A stretch of DNA of 63,548 nt, filler included, from Perkinsus olseni (Eukaryota), in assembly GCA_013115125.1 (NCBI GenBank). It is 3 parts of 3 records of this genome, joined end to end, with 100 filler letters (N's around TTAATTAATTAA, not from the genome) between each part and the next. Parts side by side here need not be neighbours in the genome. Positions count along the whole stretch, not along the records: positions 21,275 to 42,363 come from JABANN010000560.1; 2 more parts are not named here. One strand, 5' to 3'. A program made the translations under genes and the position numbers. Of this stretch, positions 26,601-35,966 are shown one piece after another. The first letter of the stretch is position 1, and every line of letters starts with the position of its first letter. Under the pieces are notes generated by a model, which did not search any database, had not been told where the DNA came from, and saw only the letters and a list, made by a program, of their open reading frames with translations.

Positions 26601-29130
26601 CTGTGTATCATCTCTCCATTCCCTCAACAAGCTACAGGTAGCTCAGTGGATTACCATGCAACATACATCAGTCGGATTAGAATGTTCATAACGAGAAGCC
26701 CTTTGGTTATTGGCAGGTGCATATATATACGAGTTTGGGGATCATGGAGGTCTCGTAGTGATGGCGGATGATATCCAGAAGACTCGTCAAGTGGTGTTCT
26801 CTTGGAATGAGGGTCACAGCTGGTGATGCAACCGTCCTTTCTGGTTCACGGCGAGATGGACATTTTCAGGTACGATTTCGATGTATCAGAACATTCCATG
26901 GCCGTCGATAACATCGTCACGGAGCCCACCTCCACCTCGACAAAGTTCCTGATGCATGGCACAAGGAGTGATGCTGGTAAGCCGCTCACGCGGCAAGGAT
27001 CTAGCAAGCCGTACTTGCCTGATCCAGCAGGGATATTCCTGACCCGTATCGGCAGAGGGCGTTGTTGGTGAAATCTAGTCCGCGATAAATGTCTAGTCCG
27101 TATTGTAGGCGTTGTCCATCCAAATTTTCACCCGCATAGAGCTTCAGATTTGATGTCCTTTGATTGCTTGTCTTGTGGACGCCCGTACGAACGTAACACT
27201 GCGGAGTAGGACGCAATATACTGTGCTAAAGCGTCCGAATCCAGCGTTGGGCGCTGGCACTCACGAAACAGGCGGCAAGGAAGTGGCCACGAGCAAGCCT
27301 GATGGAGTTGGCTCTATTACAGGCCGCTCGAAGGTTCCATCTTCCACTTCAGTACATCTGAGTCACTTGGATGATGCCGTCGGAGCTGAATCCTGTACTC
27401 GCAGCACTCGTCTTCGCAGGTGTTCTCTACCATATCGACTTCGACACCCTGGGGCAACCCCAGTGCCAGGGCGCGTGGGCCGCCGATTCATCAGGCAGCG
27501 ATTATGAGACATGGATACCGAGTGACGGGAGGTAGCCGACATGGTGAGAGGCCCTCTCGCCAGACCAGACTTCTTCAGGACCTCTGGGGATGCGTGCCTG
27601 CTAGGGAGGGTGATGAGCTATGTAAGACGGAAAAAAGACTCAGAGTGCTTCAACGGTAATCACTCGAATCTGGCCCCGTTGCGTCATCTAGATACTCTTG
27701 TTGATTCGTTTTGTGCTGAGATGTAGTGTGGCTGATACAACTCAACCGTGTAATTACAGCGCAGTTATGAAACACAGGGTAGCAAGCGATGTGGTTTAGT
27801 TAACCAGAGTAATTTTGGATTCTTAAATTGTGGCCTGATTTGCCCGTTTGATGTCTAATACATGAGCATATTATATGATGCATATAAGTGTTTCTGATGA
27901 GTTGGCGAAAACTTGGCATGACGATAAATCGAAGTTGAGCTTTATCCGCCGTTGCTAGGTGAGAAGTTCGAGCGTCCTGTTGTACGTCACAACTGTCCCT
28001 GTACCCAAGAGGACTTCGACTGTGAGCTTGGTTTCGCCCGCAAGATTGGCGGTACAGACTGCAAACCAGTGGATATCGATGCCGTAAGCTGAGTGAGGGC
28101 TTGGGCCTCAATGAGTGATGGTCCAGGTACTCACCCCCGCCGAGATGCAGTGCACTTCCTCGGGAGTATTCTTTGCTGATGCTTATAGGAAGGTTGTCGG
28201 AGATACGTGTGAGGGAGGATGGCAACCTCAGAAGGAACGGGTACCGTGTCCGAGCCATAGTCCATTTTCCAGAGGTAACGCTAGGAATGATCTCCGCCGT
28301 AACTCGCACCAGAAGAAGTATTTTTATTCAGGAGCGGTTGCCACTCTACTCGTCATCGGCTTCCTAGTAGCTGTTATGTTCGGTGGGACTTACATCTCTG
28401 GGTCTGAGAGGTGGAAGAATACGATTGGCAACTATGGGTTTGAGACGCTTGAGTAGATCTGACGAGCCACTACTGATTATCACCCTCACTGTGACCCGCG
28501 CAGATACGTGAAATACTCGACTATTGGGCGGAGTGCTAAACTTGCTGTCCGGGCTACTGATGATATGGGACCAAGCGAGTAGTAAGCTATGCCCTATCGC
28601 CTCATGGAATGCAACGCTGACCAATTGACGGGGCATTCAGTGGACCGTGCAGCGCAGTAGTGAGGCTTGTTGACTGCTTTCATTGCAGCTTCGATGATGC
28701 CCCGCAACTTGAGCAATATTCCACGAGTGTTGGCAAGAGTAAGAAGTTCGATGAGAGTGGAGAAGAGCTCAGGGTCGGTTCAAACTTTGAACTTCAAAGC
28801 GCCGGGTGGCGATGCGAGAAAAGACAATTTTCTGTTTCTCTCTCGGTTGTAGAGCATAGAGTCCCCCAGCGGCAGCGAAAGCTCGGGGGGCGGTGGTATC
28901 CCCGATTTGCTCGGAATTGATGGTGAGGACGATGATGCGGCCGACTCGGCAACACAGGTGACTCGGAGCTCCATCGAAAGGGGTTTGTCCGGTTCGAATC
29001 TTATCAGGTTCGGATGCGATCTGGTGGCCTAGCCTCTGCCACGGGGGCCGTGCCTAGGCTGCAGCCTCCACCAGCTGGGCCGAGTAGCAGGCCTTCAAAT
29101 AATGACGGTGATGATGGGCAACTCCTCTAG
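23695..29130 (+). CDS. Sortilin/VPS10-domain receptor, multi-exon
   Basis: Signal peptide [14 protein letters not shown]; Asp-box repeats ([41 protein letters not shown]); 10CC region ([44 protein letters not shown]); TM helix; acidic tail ending DDGQLL*. Confidence 0.93.
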
Positions 29131-29994
29131 CAGAGACTCTACCGAGCATCCGGCTACTTCATGCCGCAGCTGCTGCATCCGTTGCTGGGGATGGATCCTA
29201 TATGTACCATCATACTGTCGTTATGACAGTGCCTCCTGAGTCTCGGGAGCTCCGATGATGGTATGTACATGCTGTAGGCTCAATGCTTCTCGTATGAAAT
29301 GGCGTGTTGTGTCAACGCAGTTTGACAATTTCTGTACTATAAGCAAATCGTTGGTATGCGCCCCGCTCAAGTTCTCTTGCTCAGAGAGCGCGGATGTTTA
29401 TGGAAATGCCTACCACATATCTCAAGTCGCAATCACATTAAGTAGGATGTTTACTCACTCAATGTGTCCTCCCATCGCTTGTGTAGGCAGTGTTACTGCC
29501 GCAGTGATGTTTGACCAACAGCTTGAAGGGAAGATATCTAAACCAGTAGGACGACGGTGCAACGAATTATATCAGCGGACGAGGAACGCCATGACACATC
29601 CGCGATGCGCATTTAGCCTGTGCGAGATCCCATTACCGACCAACATAACCGAAGCGAGAATCTGCTTCGGGCCCTATTCTGTGTTGTGCAGTTGACATAG
29701 CCATGCAGACCATTCCAGCTTCACATTTTATACCTCCTTCTTCGAGCTGTTAGCCTTCCCCAGCAGCGCCGTGCAACGGATTGTTGCGTGTTCCTTCGGG
29801 CGACTTGCTTCTTTGTTCGCCTATTGTTAGGCTAACAATGTTAGCATTCGAGCTCTGAAGAGATTTTGTAGCCTACGAAATCGTACGCGCTAGATTGGTA
29901 GGAAGATCTCCGTTGTGAGGTGCCAATTCCCTGCGCAAGTAGGCAGAATGTAACTCTAATCCTAGCTTCGGTTTTCTCTCTCTGGCGCTGTGTC

Positions 29995-30062
29995 TAGCAG
30001 CTCTTTGCTTCGATCAAGTGACCTTCAGGATATGATCCCAACACGCTCTCCACTGCGCCAAG
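29995..30062 (-). pseudogene. Degenerate initiator tRNA-Met copy
   Basis: Aligns by eye to the intact copy at 31125-31197, with several substitutions and a lost 5' acceptor strand. Confidence 0.7.
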
Positions 30063-30219
30063 AGAGAACGGGTCGCAGTTTGCAGGCCAAGGTCGCAATT
30101 CGCAGGACGCTCTCTGAGGTAGTTGGCAATTGCCTCCGCGAGCAAGTGATTCTCTTTCGTTGGAGGAGCTCGAAATCATCAGAGTGGGCGTCGCGTCCGT
30201 TTTCCACTTGCTGAGACGA

Positions 30220-30258
30220 ATCAGTTTGGCTGAGTGGTCTAAGGCGCCAGAGCTGACA
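30220..30258 (+). pseudogene. Internally deleted tRNA-Leu copy
   Basis: ATCAGTTTGGCTGAGTGGTCTAAGGCGCCAG-AGCTGACA is the 5' and 3' ends of the 30991 gene with the middle removed. Confidence 0.7.
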
Positions 30259-30308
30259 AGTAATAGCCTCTATATATTTCTGTTCTCTTTTTCCGGCGAA
30301 AAAATGAG

Positions 30309-30395
30309 TAGCAGCTCCTTGTTTCGATCAAGGGACCTTTGGGCTTTGAGCCCAACAAGCTGTCCACTGCGCCAACTTGGCGCCGCCAAGCTGCT
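30309..30395 (-). pseudogene. Degenerate initiator tRNA-Met copy
   Basis: Anticodon loop mutated (CTCAAAG) and a short duplication/insertion in the D-arm region. Confidence 0.75.
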
Positions 30396-30472
30396 TTGAT
30401 GGGATAATATGCTTTTGGCACCCGTGAGGAGGTTGCTACTAATAGTTCGAGTGTATGTACGACTGTCGCCTA

Positions 30473-30544
30473 TGCACCGTCCGAGAATTGAACCCTGACT
30501 ATCCGCTTGGAAGGCAGATATCCTAAACATTAGACCAACGGTGC
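30473..30544 (-). tRNA. tRNA-Gly(TCC), full length with T-stem mismatches (possibly non-functional)
   Basis: GCACCGTTGGTCTAATGTTTAGGATATCTGC-CTTCCAA-GCGGATAGTCAGGGTTCAATTCTCGGACGGTGCA. Confidence 0.75.
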
Positions 30545-30622
30545 TCAATTGTATGAGAGTAGATTAGAAGTCTCGCGACTCACTGAGTCACTCACACACC
30601 TTCAGAGAATCATGAGAAATTT

Positions 30623-30695
30623 AGTGGAACCGAGAGCCGAACTTGGGAGCTACTGTGTGTTAGGCATTCGTCATAACCAACTAGACCATTCCAAC
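30623..30695 (-). pseudogene. Degenerate tRNA-Val(AAC)
   Basis: GTTGGAATGGTCTAGTTGGTTATGACGAATGC-CTAACAC-ACAGT...CCAAGTTCGGCTCTCGGTTCCAC; A box intact, stems broken. Confidence 0.65.
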
Positions 30696-30990
30696 TCCAG
30701 CAGGTGAATCATCTCTAACCTGAAACCGCGCTGCTAGTGTTCTTTCGCACGCAATGTGTTCTAGCTTAGCGCCGGATGTGTCACCCCAAGGCACGCCTGA
30801 TTTTTTCCGATCGTTACGGTCTACGCTTCGAAGAGAAAATTTAGGAGGACCTCAATTCGCAAGACGCTCTCTGATTAAGTTGGCAATTGCCTCCGCGAGC
30901 AAATGATTCTCTTTCGTTGGAGGAGCTCGAGATCTTCAGGGCCGGCGTCGGGTCCGTTTTACACTTGCCGAGACGGGTGACCTGTCACGG

Positions 30991-31072
30991 GTCAGTTCGG
31001 CCGAGTGGTCTAAGGCGCCAGACTCAAGTTCTGGTGGAGAAATCCTGGTGGGTTCGAATCCCACAGCTGATA
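30991..31072 (+). tRNA. tRNA-Leu(CAA)
   Basis: GTCAGTTCGGCCGAGTGGTCTAAGGCGCCAGA-CTCAAGT-TCTGG, long variable arm, GTGGGTTCGAATCCCACAGCTGATA. Confidence 0.85.
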
Positions 31073-31124
31073 AGTAATAGTCTGTAATTATATTTCTGTT
31101 CTCCTTTTCTGGCCAAAGAATGAC

Positions 31125-31197
31125 TAGCAGCTCCTTGTTTCGATCAAGGGACCTTTGGGTTATGAGCCCAACACGCTATCCACTGCGCCAAGCTGCT
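31125..31197 (-). tRNA. Initiator tRNA-Met(CAT)
   Basis: AGCAGCTTGGCGCAGTGGATAGCGTGTTGGG-CTCATAA-CCCAAAGGTCCCTTGATCGAAACAAGGAGCTGCTA. Shows A1:U72, GGG/CCC anticodon stem and the ATCGAAA T-loop of eukaryotic initiator tRNA. Confidence 0.93.
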
Positions 31198-31274
31198 TTG
31201 ACGGGATAATATGTTTTTGGCACCCGTAAGGAGGTTTCTGCTGATAGTTCGAGCTCATGTGCGGCTTACGCGTA

Positions 31275-31340
31275 TGCACCGTCCGGGAATTGAACCCGGA
31301 ACATCTGCTTGGAAGGCCGATATCCTAACCATACGACCAA
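31275..31340 (-). pseudogene. tRNA-Gly(TCC) interrupted after nucleotide 6; its first six bases GCACCG lie at 34138-34143
   Basis: The uninterrupted paralog reads gaccaa|cggtgctcaattgtatgag (30533-30557). Here gaccaa ends at 31340 and cggtgctcaattgtatgag resumes at 34138. Confidence 0.9.
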
Positions 31341-34137
31341 TTCTAGGGGAAAAAACCGAGAAAAGGGGAGGGGAAAAAGAGGGAAAGGGAGGGAAAGGGA
31401 GGGAAAAGAAGGAAAAGAAGGAAAAGAAAGAGGGAAAAGGGGAAGGAAGAGAGAAAGAAGAGAGAAAGAAGAGAAAAAGAAGAGAAAAAGAAGAGCAAAG
31501 GAAGAAAAAATGAAGCCAAAAAGGAGAGTATATACGTTTCATTGTATTTTTATTTTTTTCTCTCCGATATCATGTGCCGATGCGTTCTCGAGTGTAGCCA
31601 GCCGGTGAAGAGTGTAACAAGTTATTCTCTGTTAATCACCCCCAGAGCCTCAACTGACAACGCAAGCGAATAACAACGAGAATAAAGGAGATTGTAGACA
31701 GATCATTTGTCTTCAAGTGCATTATCTTGCAGATGAACTACTACTGCGGACCTGAAACAAACCTCGGAGTTCGCCAGGAATCGCTCATCATTACCCCCAG
31801 TCGCCTTCTCATCATTGTAACGTCGGCGCTTGTTGCTGTTGCGACGTTCCTTCTTCTCAGCGCGGCGCTTCTTCAGAACCCTTAAGGTCTCCAACTCATC
31901 AGGCGGCACATTCTCGGCTAGGGGACAGAACCGCACATGCTTCCCTTGTTCATCGGCGAATTGTTCGTGCTTCGGGATCGAGCTTCCATCTAACCCCGTG
32001 ATGACAGCTGTTAGGCGGATACCGCACATGCCACAGCTCCTCCCAACGCCGGACACGGCAACTGTCACACTCTTCGCTCGCTCCCTGGCTCTGGTTCTCA
32101 TCGCTTTCGATTCAGCATCCATACCAGGCCTAGTATCAAGGGGACATCGGCCAAACTTACTGCCGTCGGGCACGTGGCTGTTATATCCATCGACCAGAGG
32201 CTTACTGAAGAAACGGCATATCTTCTTAAGCGGGTCAGGCCGTGGTGTACCGCTTTTTGCTGTCGAGGGCCCTGGGGGAGATCAATGCCGATAGAACTGA
32301 AGCGCGAACTTACTCTCTATGGCTGGGGGCTCGGCAACATCAACACACTCGTTGGACGAATGAGCCGCAGTTCCCCGTGACTGGGACGATGCGATCTCTG
32401 TGGTGGCTTCGTGAGGAGTATGTGCAGTCACTGCACTGCACTGCACTGCAGTGCCTTGGAGAGCCGACCGCTTGACAATGTCGTCAATAACATCAGAACT
32501 AGTGACGGGTGTGGGATCAGTATCGAGAGGAACCGGTGATATCAACCTCTGAGTACCTTGAAGAAATAATGCCACATCGTAACAGGGAGAGTGTCTCTCC
32601 GAGGGACGAGGCTTACCTGGCCGAGGTTCCGGAAAGACGAGTTTCACGGCAGGGCGGAGATCCAACTCCAACCGCGCAGCGGCCTCTTGACCCCTCACTG
32701 TGGCGGGAATGGCAGAGCTGCGAATGTGGTTCAATCGCTTGAGGTATGTCTTCACGTCGTCAAGAGAGATGGAGTGTAGGGAAAGGGGCGCCTTGACTGC
32801 ACAGTCCCTCATTGCAGAGTCGACCTCGTCAAGTACTCTCTTCACATAGAGTCGATAGATGGTCTCGGAGTTTTGATCCGGAACTTGACTTATCAGCTCT
32901 CTCAATACGCTCGTCACATAAGGAGACCAATTTTCGAGTTTAATGATGCAGTTCGTAGCGTGCAGTCCTCGCAGCCGACAGAATTTTCTCCTCGCCTTTC
33001 CCCCCGACCTGATCTCCTCAAAAGCTCCATTTCTTGGCACATCCTCAGCCGATTCCACGTCGAACTCGACGCCCTCTTCTCCGTCACCCGAGGCGTGTTG
33101 GAGGATCTCCCTCTCGAGCTCGGCATCTCCGGTATCTTCCTCTGCATCTAGGTTCAAGCATCCCTCTGCAGCTAGTTTCTCCTCCTCCCACTCCCGGCAG
33201 ATGGCGCTATACCTCTCTTCGTCGATAAGGCGAAGATACTCGTGACCGAAGACGATCTCAGGAGGCTCAGAGCTCACCAGGATCGAGTTTCCTCCCAGAT
33301 TTGCGAGTTGATACTCGCGGCAGCTCAGCGGAATCGGTATGGTCTCCTTCCCGTCTATCTCCCCGCCCAACTTCATTTTCAGCCTCCTATTCGAAAATAT
33401 CATACGCCATAATAGCTTGCAGTCGTACAACTCGCCCGACACTCTCGATGTCTGAGAGAAATCCTTTTTTATGCAGGCATGCCGACATTCGCTTCGGGAG
33501 CTGCCTCGTATGTGACGCAATCCCCCTTGCCCGTCTCTGATGAATGTGACACTGTCCTCGCTATCAGAGACGCAATTACCGTCCACATGAACAAGGACGC
33601 TTCGAAAAGCGGACCAGAATCCTTCCTTCAATAATGGAGCCCCCACGCTGCCAGGGAGTGGTTCACCAGTGGAGTCGTTACGCTGAGATGGGTGGGTGCT
33701 CGCCTCTCCTTCACAGTCTAATTCCCAAAAAGTCCGTACGCATGCCTCTAGCCGGCGCCTCAGCTCGACGGGAGGTGGTATCATGCGCCTCACGTGCCGG
33801 CGGACTTCCTCGCGGGATGCGGGCTTATCCACCAGACCGGCTTTGGCCCGCTCAGCACGGAAAACCGCAACGTCCATATTGTTGTCGACGAAGAAACACC
33901 TTGAGAGGGCCGACGCAAAGCGGGTTTGGCGACTATGATTGTCTGTTGTGTTTCGCAACAGACGAAATATGATATGTAGTGCATCGACTTTGAGCTGAAT
34001 GGAGTTGGGCTCTCTCTCGAGGGCCGCAGCTATCATGGCCCTGTTGTTTGCCCCCGCAGTGCCGCAGCAGTCTCGATCGACATAGATTGTGGGCATATCA
34101 GTGTCTATATTACACTATTACCGATATATTACATTAT
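31341..34137 (-). mobile_element. 5'-truncated Dada-type DNA transposon inserted in tRNA-Gly
   Basis: 2.8-kb insert exactly splitting the tRNA next to its A box; encodes transposase-like ORFs. Confidence 0.8.
31703..34096 (-). CDS. Dada-type DDE transposase, C-terminal part (604-aa ORF 32282-34096 plus a zinc-finger tail in another frame, 31703-~32280)
   Basis: Motifs IYVDRDCC, LKVDALH (DxxH), HVRRMIPPP, RGSSRSECRH (catalytic E region) and C-terminal CGMCG..H..FCP finger resemble Dada transposases as I recall them. The N-terminal catalytic Asp region appears absent. Confidence 0.75.
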
Positions 34138-34164
34138 CGGTGCTCAATTGTATGAGGGTAGATT

Positions 34165-34328
34165 TGCACTGTCTACATAACACAATGGAGCTGTGCTCAT
34201 ACTAGCCTCGCATTATCACTCCATTCTCTCAACTACTCCACCTTTCTATCTGCTCTATCTCGTTCACTATGAGCCCAATCTACTTATGTTGTGTTCTACA
34301 ACTACACCTACTGCAACGAGATAGTGCA
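34165..34328. mobile_element. 164-bp TG...CA insertion (solo LTR or MITE) with GATT target-site duplication
   Basis: Ends TGCACTGTCT / AGATAGTGCA form a 9-of-10 inverted repeat. GATT at 34161-34164 and 34329-34332; the paralogous empty site gtaGATTagaag is at ~30559-30570. Confidence 0.8.
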
Positions 34329-34391
34329 GATTAGAAGTCTCGCGACTCACTGTGAGTCACTCACACACCTTCAGAGAATCATGAGAAATTT

Positions 34392-34464
34392 AGTGGAACC
34401 GAGAGCCGAACTTGGGAGCTACTGTGTGTTAGGCATTCGTCATAACCAACTAGACCATTCCAAC
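34392..34464 (-). pseudogene. Degenerate tRNA-Val(AAC), second copy
   Basis: Identical by eye to 30623-30695. Confidence 0.65.
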
Positions 34465-35249
34465 TCCAGCAGGTGAATCATCTCTAACCTGAAACCGCGC
34501 TGCTAATGTTCTTTCGCATGCAATGTGTTCTAGCTTAGCGCCGGATGTGTCACCCCAAGGCACGCCTGATTTTTTCCGATCGTTACGGTCTACGCTTCGA
34601 AGAGAAAATTTAGGAGGACCTCAATTCGCAAGACGCTGTCTGATAAAACCGAGCTGCTCCCTTCAAGCCAAATAGCGAAACCACAAAATATCTTACATGA
34701 GGACAAAAAAGACATCGTCTTCACCTTAGACATTTGCAGAGAGAAATAGATATCTGGAGGAGACTTTCCTCCGCCGGAGGTATTGGGCTAGCTTGCGTTG
34801 CTAGGTTAAGCCTTACCACACCTAGCAACTCAGCGGCTGGGACGGCGCTACCGCTCAGCACGACTTCGCGCGCAAAGCGTCGCCATCACCTGTCACCACC
34901 GGGAGGGAGGGCGAGGTGAATAAAAAAATAAAATAAACAACGACCGTTGTAAGAGCTACAACTGCATCAGAGTTGAGCTACAATGTTCTCTAGCCTTTTT
35001 ATGTCGCTGAACGTGTCACCTTTGTGCCACGGGCCTCAGGAACGCTCTCGATTTTACGTATGTTAACAAGTTAACTGCGATTATTGTAAGAATTTGTACT
35101 TAAATTAGGGGCGCGCGCACCCGAAGCACAAACGAATTCCTATAAGGTGCGGATGGTTAAGTCCCACTGCTGAGCGGGCAACCCAGCTTCGATTCCTGGG
35201 GTCGTTACCGCCGGAGAACTACAACGGAGATCGGTGGCGATGCCGCCGG

Positions 35250-35332
35250 CGAACTTTTCAATTTGGCATCGCAAAGCGGCTTAGCGATGCCAAATTAAAG
35301 TTCGGTGGACGAAATGAGACATGGATGAGGAA
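35250..35332. repeat. Hairpin-forming dispersed repeat; one arm recurs inverted at ~54355-54404
   Basis: CGAACTTTTCAATTTGGCATCGC...GCGATGCCAAATTAAAGTTCG; 54362-54404 reads CCAAGTCTCATTTCGTCCACCGAACTTTTTAATTGGGCATCGC. Confidence 0.65.
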
Positions 35333-35966
35333 AAACAGGGCAAAATTTGCCCGGCAAATGTATGGGACATGCAAAAAATGGCAGGGGAAGAAGTGAGACT
35401 GAAGTGAGGCTGGTTACCCCGCTCATTATTACATAATGGAACCGTCGATATAATTCAGCCCTAGGCAGACAACGAAGCCGAGGTAGCTTGCTTCAGGAAG
35501 CTACACAAGACGCAGTAATGAGGAATCGTGATGAATGAAGATCACAAAACTTCAACGCATCGTCTTCTCCCGAGAACTCTGTCTGAATTGAACAAGATTG
35601 CTGTTAACGAGTTGGTGCCACACCTCCTCTCAGGGGTTGCATTATTCAACTTCAATAAGCCGTCCTCGTCCCAGCAAAGGACATTTCCCTGTCGGTCTGG
35701 CGATATGCATCAAGAGAGACCCACTGATTGTGGTTTGATGGATGGCCGATAGTGGGTCTCACGCACAGGGTGTGTGCGTCACCTGTCTTTCTGTCTATCT
35801 TTGACCGCTCAGGCGCTTAGTGCGCTTGCGTGCCACCAGGGCACGCGTGCTCTGCTCGGGCCGAGCCATGGCCAGTTTTCATTCGTACAACCAAAGTCTG
35901 AGTCGTAGTAGGCTCCATCGCTATCAAATTTATGCCTTAGTAGTTAGTTATTGACCTTGAGACTCA

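Larger units (their letters stand above)
30085..34645. repeat. Tandem ~0.8-kb tRNA-array unit (conserved spacer, Leu+, iMet-, Gly-, Val-), about two copies, the second expanded by insertions
   Basis: 30085-30544 matches 30850-31340; 30539-30875 matches 34138-34645 almost exactly apart from a 164-bp insertion. Confidence 0.9.

Noticed and set aside
29740-29960. Possible U4 or other snRNA (minus-strand CTTGCGCAGGG)
   Set aside because: Only a short word matches; no Sm site or matching downstream structure recognised.
31345-31560. Lys/Glu-rich (plus) and Phe/Ser-rich (minus) ORFs
   Set aside because: They arise from a purine-only low-complexity tract at the transposon end, possibly poor-quality sequence; no evidence of coding.
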